DNA of 64,000 nucleotides from Microcoleaceae cyanobacterium (GTDB lineage: Bacteria; Cyanobacteriota; Cyanobacteriia; Cyanobacteriales; Microcoleaceae). The translations under genes and the position numbers were made by a program. This document shows positions 11,050 through 20,452 of this stretch, in pieces. Numbering within the stretch: position 1 is the first letter of the stretch; every line of letters starts with the position of its first letter. The stretch spans positions 1 to 64,000 of the forward strand of contig JBOFUV010000035.1 in assembly GCA_051652765.1 (NCBI GenBank), written 5' to 3'. The notes under the pieces are model-generated. The model did not search any database, had not been told where the DNA came from, and saw only the letters and a list, made by a program, of their open reading frames with translations.

Positions 11050-11739
11050 TTATCTACACCAAGTAATTCCAGACTTAGACACTTTGGCAGGTACTCCAAC
11101 AGCTAAACTATTAGCAGGTATGTCTTTTGTCACGACTGATCGAATACCTATAATACTATCTTTTCCAATAAAGACACCCTTCAAGATCTGAACATATTTT
11201 GCAATCCAAACATGATTATCTATATAGATATCTTTGCCTGGGTTAATACACTTCTCATCAGATAAGTTAATAATTGAATGCGAATCTCCTGTTCTAATAT
11301 CAATTCCATCAGCCAACATGCAGTCTTCACCTAGGTACACAGATGTCTTTGATTCTGCAATACCAATTTCGGCCTGTCTAATTGTTGTTCTTGAGCTAAT
11401 TACTATCTTTCCTTCTTCTTCATTAAACCAAAAACATCCACTTTCAATCCTGGTGTTTTTGCCAATCATTAATTGATGACGACTTCCTTTAATATTGATT
11501 TTCAGATTATTGATGTAAGCTCCTTCTTGAATAACTACAGTGTTTTTGTCTCCGGACACATCAAATACAGTATTTTTTATAATTGGCAATCCATTTTCAG
11601 AAGCAATTTTTATGATATTAAAATGACCATTAATTTTATATTTAACACCCTGTCTAAAGTAATAAAACCAAAGGAATTTGTCCTTTAAAAAATAGTTTTT
11701 ATTTAAAAAAACTAGAATGAACTGTTTCATTAACTGCAT
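11050..11739 (-). CDS. Hexapeptide-repeat (left-handed beta-helix) acyltransferase
   Basis: IGKNT / LGEDCM / IDNHVWI / IGKDSIIGIRSVVTKDIPANSLAVGVPAK. Confidence 0.9.
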   Translation of the reverse strand: MQLMKQFILVFLNKNYFLKDKFLWFYYFRQGVKYKINGHFNIIKIASENGLPIIKNTVFDVSGDKNTVVIQEGAYINNLKINIKGSRHQLMIGKNTRIESGCFWFNEEEGKIVISSRTTIRQAEIGIAESKTSVYLGEDCMLADGIDIRTGDSHSIINLSDEKCINPGKDIYIDNHVWIAKYVQILKGVFIGKDSIIGIRSVVTKDIPANSLAVGVPAKVSKSGITWCR

Positions 11740-11741
11740 TT

Positions 11742-13001
11742 TTAAGAAAGTTGATAATAGTTTTCAATTGTTTTCTTGGCCATTTGTTCTCGACTGAAAA
11801 GCTTCTCAGCCCGGTGACGACCTTGTTGACCCATCTGATACCGTAATTCAGCATCATTGGCGAGTTGCAGAATTTTTGTGGCTAAGTCCTGGGGGTTGTT
11901 GGGTTCAGCTAGGAATCCTGTTACTCCATCATCTATCACCTCTGGAATACCGCCCGCTTTGCAGCCAATCACGGGCTTTTCATAACTCATTGCTTCAACA
12001 TAGATTAAACCAAATGATTCATAGCGGGAGGGAGCTACAAAAATGTCACATTCTTTGTAGAGTTGATGCAGCGTTTCTAGATTAACAGCTCCAGCAAAAG
12101 AGACATTTTCATCAAACTTTTCCTGCCACTTTTCTTTGAAATTCCTTTGATAAGAATCATCTGGATCTTTCCCAACCAGAGTAAAGTAGATATTATTCCT
12201 TTGGTTCAAGACTGAGGGAATTGCTTCTAGTAAAATATCAGTGCCTTTTCGGTATTCAAAACGACCCACGTATAAAATATTGAGGCAACTTGAACTGCCT
12301 TGAGATTCAGCTAAAGTTATGTTTATCTGAGGAAGTTTAATCCCATGAGGAATAATCTCAAAGCGCTTTTGATTGATCCGAAAATCTTTGCAGACTTCGT
12401 CTCGGTGGGCTAGGGTATGGGTGACTAAATGATCGCTAAAATGAATCATCCAGCGTTCTAACCAAGCAATCCATGCAACTGCTTTTGAAGAAAACTCATA
12501 ATGATCTCTATTAATTTGTGCCAGAGTTGTAGCAACTCTTGTGAACACAGGTTTATGATTGACTTGAAACAAATAAGTCAAACAGAGAGAGTCATAACTT
12601 ATTGTTTCAATAACTTCTATTTGATGCTTTTTAACAATTTGATTCAGGATTTTCTGAGTATACAGAATTGCCCATAATTTTTTAATCAGTAAATGCTGTG
12701 CCCACTTCCCTTTAAAAAACTGCTCAACCCAGTTTGGAAGATCAACATGAATGGGATGGAGATACAGCTTGCCTGGAGTTCCTTCGGCATTATCAATTAA
12801 GATGTCGTCTTCAGTTAACTCTTGCTCAGTCGAAAACAAAATATGAACCTCGTGACCCAACTGAATTAATCCATGAGCAAGCTCATAAAAATGGTTAGCA
12901 ATTCCACTATTCACACAATTTTTAGTGGCATAATAGGGAGTAACAATGCAAATATTTAGAGTAGAAGTTTGTAAATTTTTACCAGTTGTCATTTTGTTCA
13001 T
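11742..13001 (-). CDS. Glycosyltransferase family 4
   Basis: YVGRFEYRKG and PSRYESFGLIYVEAM (E-X7-E) motifs. Confidence 0.93.
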   Translation of the reverse strand: MNKMTTGKNLQTSTLNICIVTPYYATKNCVNSGIANHFYELAHGLIQLGHEVHILFSTEQELTEDDILIDNAEGTPGKLYLHPIHVDLPNWVEQFFKGKWAQHLLIKKLWAILYTQKILNQIVKKHQIEVIETISYDSLCLTYLFQVNHKPVFTRVATTLAQINRDHYEFSSKAVAWIAWLERWMIHFSDHLVTHTLAHRDEVCKDFRINQKRFEIIPHGIKLPQINITLAESQGSSSCLNILYVGRFEYRKGTDILLEAIPSVLNQRNNIYFTLVGKDPDDSYQRNFKEKWQEKFDENVSFAGAVNLETLHQLYKECDIFVAPSRYESFGLIYVEAMSYEKPVIGCKAGGIPEVIDDGVTGFLAEPNNPQDLATKILQLANDAELRYQMGQQGRHRAEKLFSREQMAKKTIENYYQLS

Positions 13002-13872
13002 ATCCGAGTTGAACTAACAATGAGTCATACTTTTGCTTAAAAACCTGCTTGTGAATTTCTTCAAAGTGGTTTTTCCAGTCTCCAGCAACACCCTTACGAT
13101 TATGAGATTTTACGTCTTCTTGACCTGGTTTTCTTCCTCTTGCATACCGTGAGAAATCATGTTCATAGACAATGTTTAAAGCTTGCCAAGGATAGATTTT
13201 AGAGCTGAACGTAATAGTCTTTTTAAAAGATGGATTGAGGCGGTGAATCCCTCGATTTAAAGTTTCACCAAAGAGATAAGAGGAAAGAGATTTAACTGAA
13301 ACATATGGTGAATCATCAAGTAAGTTTAGAAATTGAAGAATGTCTAGAAACTTACTATAAGGATTGGCAATCATCTCTTCAAACTTCAGCTCAAGTATAT
13401 TAGGCAAGTTATAGTTCCAGTTGGCCATCTGCCCAAAGATATCTAGTTCTACTCCATCAACTTTCATGCTAGATAAATAATCCATCACGAGCAGTAAACC
13501 TTTTTCTTTGGAGAGCTGTTCTAGCTGTTTGCGGTAATCATTGAGTTCAGGCCAAGATTGAGTCGAGTGGCTATAACGATGGGAAAAATAAGCAGAGACA
13601 ATAATATCTCTGGGATCTCGAATCACATGAAATCCTTTCAGATGATCTAGAACAGGTTGTACGAAATTAATGTCTGCGTTAGTATAACAAATCAAATCAA
13701 ACTTATCTTTTTGGAAACATTGTTGTAAATCAAGATTAAATAGCTTTGGAGTGCTGGTGATTTTAACGTCGAGGTTAATTTGTTTACAAGCTTGATTAAC
13801 CAGAGTTTCGATCCAAGTTGAACCTGATTTGTGATGCCCAAAGTAAGCTAGTTTCATGGTGCTGTTCTTCAT
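12979..13872 (-). CDS. PAPS-dependent sulfotransferase
   Basis: 5'-PSB HKSGSTW, 3'-PB IRDPRDIIVSAYFS and C-terminal RKGVAGDWKNHF motifs. Confidence 0.9.
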   Translation of the reverse strand: MKNSTMKLAYFGHHKSGSTWIETLVNQACKQINLDVKITSTPKLFNLDLQQCFQKDKFDLICYTNADINFVQPVLDHLKGFHVIRDPRDIIVSAYFSHRYSHSTQSWPELNDYRKQLEQLSKEKGLLLVMDYLSSMKVDGVELDIFGQMANWNYNLPNILELKFEEMIANPYSKFLDILQFLNLLDDSPYVSVKSLSSYLFGETLNRGIHRLNPSFKKTITFSSKIYPWQALNIVYEHDFSRYARGRKPGQEDVKSHNRKGVAGDWKNHFEEIHKQVFKQKYDSLLVQLGYEQNDNW

Positions 13873-13920
13873 ATTTTCCTTTGATAAAACTTAATTGTAA
13901 AAATCAGAAAAACTTGGATT

Positions 13921-15066
13921 TTATTTTGACGAACTAGACTTGATAATCTCTTCGAGTTCGGCAGTGCTAACCTCAAAATTACTATCTCTATCTAATTCTT
14001 GAGCAGACCAATAATTGTAGTGATGCCCAAGTGACTTAGACAAATAATAATAATGGGGTAGAATATTTTTCATAGTATGTAATTCCAAAACATTAATTTG
14101 ATTAGAAAAAATTAAATTAGTTAGTCCTGCACCGTGGGTTCCAACAACAAACTCTGCATCATAAAAAAGGTCGATTTGGTCTTCAATTGCCATGGTTTCA
14201 AGATTATACTTTTGAAACCCATGTTTTTCCAACATACTAAATAATTCATCTTCGTTCAAGATACAACGTGAAGCATGTTCTGACTTTTTCGCCCTTGAGA
14301 TAAAGATACGATTTTTTCTTTCTCTAGGTCGCTCTGGCCCTACTCTTTTCATAAACCAATTTAAGTACTCTGATGGCAAAAATCCAGCAAACCTGCGACT
14401 TAGATAATTCAGAAAGATGAAACTCTCTATCGAGTAGACTTGATTTGAATCTACTATAGTTATGACTGCATTTTCAGGTAAGAGCCTTTTCAAAAAGAAA
14501 CTTTCTACTGGTGTTGGCTGAGAGTTACACAGAACTTTAATTTCACTCAGCTTTTGATAACTATCCTGATGAAGTAAATAGAGCCTGGGAAGATTATCAA
14601 TTAATGTATGATAATAATTGCTGCCATTAGCAAAAGTCCGAAATACAGTACAAAATCCTTTGATTTTTTCTGTATTACTAAAATATATTTTTTTTAAGTT
14701 AACTGAATTAACAAAGCTTTCTTTTGTTTCTATAGTACTGCTTGAATCTGAAATTACCTTTCTTGATCGAGTTAGTAAAATTTCAGTCTTAGGATAATAA
14801 ATGATTCCTGGCAAAATAACTGAATAAATAGATGGTGTAGTATAAATATCACGTCGCAAATGTTTAGCTGGTTCATAAAAAGACATTCCAGTTACTTCAG
14901 GAGTCTCAATTTGTTCAGGGGGAGATATGGATAAATCATCAAGGTTTCCCTGTAGTTTCTCTAGAGATGTAGTCCATACCAACTGAGAACGTGTATATTC
15001 TTTGATGCCATTAACTATCTGCTTTAATTCCACTTTGGTCTGACCCATCATAAAAATCTTCAACAC
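13921..15066 (-). CDS. Glycosyltransferase family 61 (DUF563-type); true start probably one of the ATGs a few codons downstream
   Basis: NYYHTLIDNLPRL, IFISR...R.ILNEDEL and QIDLF..AEFVVGTHGAGLTN motifs. Confidence 0.88.
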   Translation of the reverse strand: MLKIFMMGQTKVELKQIVNGIKEYTRSQLVWTTSLEKLQGNLDDLSISPPEQIETPEVTGMSFYEPAKHLRRDIYTTPSIYSVILPGIIYYPKTEILLTRSRKVISDSSSTIETKESFVNSVNLKKIYFSNTEKIKGFCTVFRTFANGSNYYHTLIDNLPRLYLLHQDSYQKLSEIKVLCNSQPTPVESFFLKRLLPENAVITIVDSNQVYSIESFIFLNYLSRRFAGFLPSEYLNWFMKRVGPERPRERKNRIFISRAKKSEHASRCILNEDELFSMLEKHGFQKYNLETMAIEDQIDLFYDAEFVVGTHGAGLTNLIFSNQINVLELHTMKNILPHYYYLSKSLGHHYNYWSAQELDRDSNFEVSTAELEEIIKSSSSK

Positions 15067-15289
15067 ATTAGGTGGTCATCTTTGCAACAGCCATGTCATC
15101 CTTATCTAAAAGTTCACAAGAATTGTGAAAAATCCGGAAAAAGTCATCAAGAAACTTTTTAAATCCTTTCTAAAGTGAAGAATTCTTGTAGATTTCATCA
15201 TTAATTTCAGAATCTTTTCAAATTCATAAACAGGAAATTACACACCGCATCCGGACAACTGTTGCTACGATCAATTTAATGCCTGCTGT

Positions 15290-16120
15290 ATGAGTACCTT
15301 TGTTATGACCTCGGCCCTGACTTCAATCTCCTCTACAACAGCAGTAGCTCAGCTTGAACAGCGCCGACAGATGGCTCTGGAAATTGCTACTCGCTGCCAA
15401 CAAGCCCTGAAGGATCAGTTTGGTGCAACAGAAGTCATCCTGTTCGGTTCCTTGCGGGGAGATAGCGTCTGGCACTGGCAGTCCGATATTGACATTGCCG
15501 TTGCTGGACTCTCCTGGGAAAACTGGTTAGAAGCCCAGGAGATCCTACAAAAGTTAGCACCAGAGGGGTTAAAAATTGACTTAGTTCAGTTGGAGACTGT
15601 TAGCCCTAGGGTTCGAACCCGAATTTTGCAGGAAACCCCCATGCCTCAAAACCTTTACCTGGCGCTTAAAGAACACCTTGAAGACGAATTAGTTGGATTA
15701 GAGGCAACGGTCACTGATGTCCAAGAGGCTTTACAGGCGGGGGCAACGCTGCCGGATAAGTTTATGACTCGAGTTCTGGCCAGCTATGTGACTGATTTTT
15801 ACAAACGGTGCGAACGAATGAGCCGTCGAGTGGCTGTCACTCTAGATGGCGTTTTACCCCAGGGAGACAATTGGCATGAAGCCCTTCTGCAACAAGTGGC
15901 TGAACCAACTGAGAACCGCCCCGTGCTCTGGAATCCAGCCTTACAATCTGACCTAGATCAGTATCGTAAATTTCGGCACATTGTCCATCATAAATACGGA
16001 GATCAACTGCGATCGCCCCAAGTTATCGCGTTAGCAGAAAATGCAGGTTCTGTCTTTGAGGACGTACAACGGGCGATTACCCAATTCAGCCAATGGCTCG
16101 TTCAACAAGTCCAGCATTGA
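15290..16120 (+). CDS. Fused minimal nucleotidyltransferase (MNT/MntA-like) + HEPN (HepT-like) RNase, copy 1
   Basis: LFGSLRGDSVWHWQSDID (GS-X10-DxD) in the N-half; FRHIVHHKY (R-X4-H-X-Y) in the C-half. Confidence 0.85.
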   Translation: MSTFVMTSALTSISSTTAVAQLEQRRQMALEIATRCQQALKDQFGATEVILFGSLRGDSVWHWQSDIDIAVAGLSWENWLEAQEILQKLAPEGLKIDLVQLETVSPRVRTRILQETPMPQNLYLALKEHLEDELVGLEATVTDVQEALQAGATLPDKFMTRVLASYVTDFYKRCERMSRRVAVTLDGVLPQGDNWHEALLQQVAEPTENRPVLWNPALQSDLDQYRKFRHIVHHKYGDQLRSPQVIALAENAGSVFEDVQRAITQFSQWLVQQVQH

Positions 16121-16957
16121 TTCTGATATTTTTGGATACCTTTGTTATGACCTCGGCCCTGACTTCAGTTTCCTCCACAACAGCAGTAGCTCAGCTTGAA
16201 CAGCGCCGACAGATGGCTCTGGAAATTGCTACTCGCTGCCAACAAACCCTGAAGGATCAGTTTGGTGCAACAGAAGTCATCCTGTTCGGTTCCCTGCGGG
16301 GAGATAGTGTCTGGCATGGGCAGTCCGATATTGACATTGCCGTTGCTGGACTCTCCTGGGAAAACTGGTTAGAAGCCCAAGAGATCCTACAAAAGTTAGC
16401 ACCAGAGGGGTTGAAAATTGATTTAGTTCAGTTGGAGACTGTTAGCCCTAGGGTTCGAACCCGAATTTTGCAGGAAAAACCCATGCCTCAAAACCTTTAC
16501 CTGGCGCTCAAAGAACACCTTGAAGATGAGTTGGTTGCACTGGAAAAAAATGCAACAGATATTAGAGCGGCCCTGGATCGGGCAGGAACCAACTTAGACG
16601 AGTACAATATTCGCGCCGTTGCTAGCTATGTGATTGATTTCTACAAACGGTGTGAACGGATTAGCCGTCGAGTGGCTGTCACATTGGATGAACAATTACC
16701 CCAGGGAGACAACTGGCATGAAGCCCTTCTGCAACAAGTGGCTGAACCAACTGAGAACCGCCCCGTGCTCTGGAGTCCAGCCTTACAATCTGACCTAGAT
16801 CAGTATCGTAAATTTCGGCACATTGTCCATCATAAATACGGAGATCAACTGCGATCGCCCCAAGTTGTCGCGTTAGCAGAGAATGCATGTTCTGTCTTTG
16901 AGGACGTACAACGGGCGATCACCCAATTCAGCCAATGGCTGGTACAACAAGTCCAGA
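15295..16957 (+). repeat. Direct tandem duplication, 842-bp period
   Basis: TACCTTTGTTATGACCTCGGCCCTGACTTCA occurs at 15295 and 16137. The copies are near-identical except for a central patch. Confidence 0.95.
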
Positions 16958-16962
16958 GCTGA
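16132..16962 (+). CDS. Fused MNT + HEPN protein, copy 2 (start TTG 16132 or ATG 16147)
   Basis: Same motifs as copy 1, offset by 842 bp. The ORF-track start at 16093 overlaps copy 1 and is unlikely. Confidence 0.85.
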   Translation: MDTFVMTSALTSVSSTTAVAQLEQRRQMALEIATRCQQTLKDQFGATEVILFGSLRGDSVWHGQSDIDIAVAGLSWENWLEAQEILQKLAPEGLKIDLVQLETVSPRVRTRILQEKPMPQNLYLALKEHLEDELVALEKNATDIRAALDRAGTNLDEYNIRAVASYVIDFYKRCERISRRVAVTLDEQLPQGDNWHEALLQQVAEPTENRPVLWSPALQSDLDQYRKFRHIVHHKYGDQLRSPQVVALAENACSVFEDVQRAITQFSQWLVQQVQS

Positions 16963-16994
16963 ACCGTTTGCTTAAGCTTCTAATTCCATAAGCT

Positions 16995-18806
16995 TTAAAC
17001 AGCGACTCCTTGAGTTTGCAAGTTCCAATAATTGGCATAGCGTCCCCGCTTTTGCATTAAAGTTCGGTGATTGCCAAACTCCATCAGTTGCCCTTGCTCC
17101 AAGACCAGGATTTGATCTGCCTCAACGATCGTAGACAGTCGATGGGCAATAACAATCACCGTGCGATCGCGCTGAAACTCCGCCAACGCCTGCTGAATCA
17201 ACTGTTCAGATTCGCTATCCAGAGCACTGGTGGCCTCATCCAGGATCAAAATCTCAGGCCGCTTCAGAATTGCTCGGGCGAGGGCTAACCGCTGCCGTTG
17301 TCCTCCAGACAAGCGATATCCCCGTTCTCCTACCGTCGTCTCATAGCCCTCGGGCAAATCCAGAATAAATCGATGGGCCTGGGATGCCTGAGAAGCTTTC
17401 ACCACCTGTTCAAAAGTTGCTTCCGGCGCACCGTAGCGCAAGTTCTCCAAGATGCTGGTATTGAAAATAAACGTATCCTGGCTGACGACCCCTACATGGT
17501 GCCGCCAACTAAATTGGTTATACTGTTGCAGGCTTTTGTTGTTGACCGTAATCTGTCCCGAAGTCGGTTGATATAGCCCAATTAGCAAATCCACAATTGA
17601 AGATTTGCCTGCCCCAGACTGTCCCACTAGAGCCGTGACCTGATTTTTAGGAATCTTGAAATTTAGATTTGCCAAGGCCAGAGTCTGGTCATTTGTGTAG
17701 GATAGGCTCACGGCCTCAAAGCAAATATCTGTTTGCAACGACTCAAACCGTTCACCTCCAACTAAAGCAAACTGCTTGTCATTGACCGCCAGGATACTAT
17801 CCAGTCGGTGAACGTTGGCACTGTTGTCTGCGAGTTGGCTAAATGCCCCAGAAACACCCCGAAAACGGACTGATAGTCGCTGCAACGCTAATAGAAAAGT
17901 GACCAACATCGGCAAGATTGTCTCCGGCGTATCAGTCATCACATAGGCTAGGGCTGCCAGGACGGCCAGGGATAGAATGGGCAAAATTTCCAGGATTAGC
18001 TCTGGTAGATAGATGATGCGGGCACGCTGCTGTAGGTTGGTTTGTACATTTCGGAGTAGCCCTCCAACTTCATTCGTTGCCTGCTTCTGAGTCCCAAAGG
18101 TATGCAACAATCGCAAGGCCTGAATGTTTTCAGTCATGTACTTAGAGAGTTCCACCTGAACAGAATTTAGCCTTGCTGCTGCCTGACGCAGACGGGGTAA
18201 CAACTGTTGCTGCACAACAACCATGACCATCGCCAGTACAATTGCGACTAGCGCTAATATCGGTGAAAGGTTAACTAAAATAGTGGCGTAAATAATACTA
18301 AATACAAAACTAACCACTAATCCATTCAAAATCTGAACCTGTCTGTCAACAGCATATGCAGCACTATTGGCAAAGTGCACTAAATCACCGACTTTGTAGT
18401 TGCTGGCGCAGGCAAAGCTAAAAGACATAATCTGCTCAAATACCTGACCCGTTACCTGGGGTTGGGCTCGAGCTGACAGATAGGCTGCACTCAATTTATT
18501 ACCATAGTTACATAGGGCTAACAGGGTCTGCATGACCACAGCAACTCCGAGCAATCCCAAAAACAGTGACTCAGGGGGTAGGGGAATCAGGGACAATAAC
18601 CGCTCCAAAACCGGAGGAAGTTGCCGATTTTGCCCCTCTGAAAGCAGAGAAATAGCCAAGTAAATAATCCCCAGGGTGCTTCCTTCTAGCAAGGCACTCA
18701 ATAAACTGGTCAGTAAGTTAATGGTGAGGAGAAACCGGTTGCGAGAGGCTGTGGCGATGATCAGGCGAGAAGCCGGAGCATTGAGGGTAGATTTCAGTTG
18801 TCGCAC
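16995..18806 (-). CDS. ABC exporter, fused permease + ATPase (MsbA/HepA-like polysaccharide-associated)
   Basis: N-terminal TM helices, Walker A GQSGAGKS, LSGGQ signature, Walker B ILILDE, AHRLST. Confidence 0.92.
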   Translation of the reverse strand: MRQLKSTLNAPASRLIIATASRNRFLLTINLLTSLLSALLEGSTLGIIYLAISLLSEGQNRQLPPVLERLLSLIPLPPESLFLGLLGVAVVMQTLLALCNYGNKLSAAYLSARAQPQVTGQVFEQIMSFSFACASNYKVGDLVHFANSAAYAVDRQVQILNGLVVSFVFSIIYATILVNLSPILALVAIVLAMVMVVVQQQLLPRLRQAAARLNSVQVELSKYMTENIQALRLLHTFGTQKQATNEVGGLLRNVQTNLQQRARIIYLPELILEILPILSLAVLAALAYVMTDTPETILPMLVTFLLALQRLSVRFRGVSGAFSQLADNSANVHRLDSILAVNDKQFALVGGERFESLQTDICFEAVSLSYTNDQTLALANLNFKIPKNQVTALVGQSGAGKSSIVDLLIGLYQPTSGQITVNNKSLQQYNQFSWRHHVGVVSQDTFIFNTSILENLRYGAPEATFEQVVKASQASQAHRFILDLPEGYETTVGERGYRLSGGQRQRLALARAILKRPEILILDEATSALDSESEQLIQQALAEFQRDRTVIVIAHRLSTIVEADQILVLEQGQLMEFGNHRTLMQKRGRYANYWNLQTQGVAV

Positions 18807-19004
18807 AGTGATTCAATCCTTGTTCTGTAAGGTATTTTGGCTTTGGTGAACCAGATTGCTAAATTTGACATTGCTCTCCCCAACACAGTTATCTTTCCTG
18901 TATCTTTCTTGGCTTCAGCCACAACAACATCAAAGTTGATCAAACACAACTTCTCCATGGGGCGATCGCGTTGTAACGTCATTCAGCAAAGTCATTCAGC
19001 AACG

Positions 19005-20255
19005 TTATTCAGTAGTTGGCTCAACCGGAATGGCTTGAAGTTCAGGTGAGTTTGGTGAGTTTGGTGAATTGGTTGCACTGAAAACAGGCTCACTTTTAGG
19101 TTGATTCTCTTCAACGCCCTGCTCAAACCTTGGGCTTGGGACTGAGTCCAAAGAATTTCCCCTTTGATTTGCTTCAGCTTGAGGTAACCTAAAGGTTGCT
19201 GATCGTGCTGGAGATGGGGCAGATTGAGTCCCTTTAATGTCATTCATCACATCTGAACTGGAATCATTGGACTCCACCAACTTTTTCAACAAGCTCGGCA
19301 TCGGTTTTGCCTCGTTTACCTCAATCGGGGTTACTGGAGCAACAGCAACTCTTGACGGTAAAGTCGTCTCATGAACCAAGTCAGGGATCGAAGACTGATT
19401 TGAATTACCTAGATCTGAAACAACTGGGTCTGGGATCGGGCTTGAGATTGGGCGCAATGAGCTCTGAGATTGAATCAGCTTGACTGCAGCATCCGCAGGG
19501 ATCGCAGGTGGCGCTGGCCAACTATTCTGACCGGCATCAGGTTTGATCAATTCGGACTTGGCCGTAGTCACCTCTTGGGGATCAACAATATATGCAGCCC
19601 CTTCTGACTGGGGCGATCGCTGAATTGGTTTATTATTGGCAATCACCACCTCAGGTTCCACAATATACTGGGCTGCAACCTCTTGAGTTTCAATTTGGGT
19701 TTCAAGCAGGGGAGGTGGGGCCGGAACAGTGGCGATCGCAACTTCTTCAGGGGTGTAGCGGATTGCAATCTCTAGAGGCTCAAACTCAATTGGTTCAAAA
19801 GATTCGGGTTCAGTGATGTCTGCAAACTCCAGATCATCCTCGGTATCAAAGTTGAGGTAATCGGGTAAAAATTTCCCTTGCTCTCCTAGTCGAGTGACTC
19901 TGGCGGCCACAGACTGCGGCATTTCAGGTAGACGCAGGGCGAGCAACGTTGATTTTGGGGAACTCAAAGGATTGGGCTGATCCTCTAAGCGACTCAGATC
20001 TAAGTCACTCAGATCTGAAGTCTGGGGCGCAGCACTCATTCCCTCTATCGGGAGAATTCCGGGAGGAGCAACAGGCTCTGATCCCCGCGCCTTTGCCATG
20101 AACTCAGCCAGCTTGGAGTGACTCTGATGAATGCCCTGGTCAACAGGCTGTTCGGGATTTGCCTGACTGAGTTGATCGCTGACGGCTATTCCAGTTATGG
20201 CACACCCTACAGCCGTGGCAACACAACTTAAGGCGGAACTATTGGCTAAACTCAT
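19005..20255 (-). CDS. Hypothetical Pro/Ser/Glu-rich protein with N-terminal hydrophobic segment
   Basis: 416-aa ORF filling the gap, divergent from wza; low complexity, NSP repeat near the C-terminus. Confidence 0.6.
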   Translation of the reverse strand: MSLANSSALSCVATAVGCAITGIAVSDQLSQANPEQPVDQGIHQSHSKLAEFMAKARGSEPVAPPGILPIEGMSAAPQTSDLSDLDLSRLEDQPNPLSSPKSTLLALRLPEMPQSVAARVTRLGEQGKFLPDYLNFDTEDDLEFADITEPESFEPIEFEPLEIAIRYTPEEVAIATVPAPPPLLETQIETQEVAAQYIVEPEVVIANNKPIQRSPQSEGAAYIVDPQEVTTAKSELIKPDAGQNSWPAPPAIPADAAVKLIQSQSSLRPISSPIPDPVVSDLGNSNQSSIPDLVHETTLPSRVAVAPVTPIEVNEAKPMPSLLKKLVESNDSSSDVMNDIKGTQSAPSPARSATFRLPQAEANQRGNSLDSVPSPRFEQGVEENQPKSEPVFSATNSPNSPNSPELQAIPVEPTTE

Positions 20256-20452
20256 ATTTTCTACTCATCATTGGGCAAGACTGACGCACAGCAACACCCG
20301 ACCGTACCGTTTTACTTTACGATTCCAGTCGAGGAAATCCGGAGAATTACGGGATCTCCCAGATGTCCTGATGCCCTTTCAAGGGTTTGAATAGTAAGGT
20401 AGGTGGCTTAATCTAGCCGTTCTTCTGTTCTTCAACCCACTCTTGCTCGTTC

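Noticed and set aside
16093..16131. N-terminal extension of MNT-HEPN copy 2
   Set aside because: Overlaps the end of copy 1 and has no counterpart in copy 1; the homologous start is 16132 or 16147.
18794..19049. Short ORFs between the ABC gene and the Pro-rich gene
   Set aside because: 62-83 aa, overlapping on both strands, no motif; cannot be supported.
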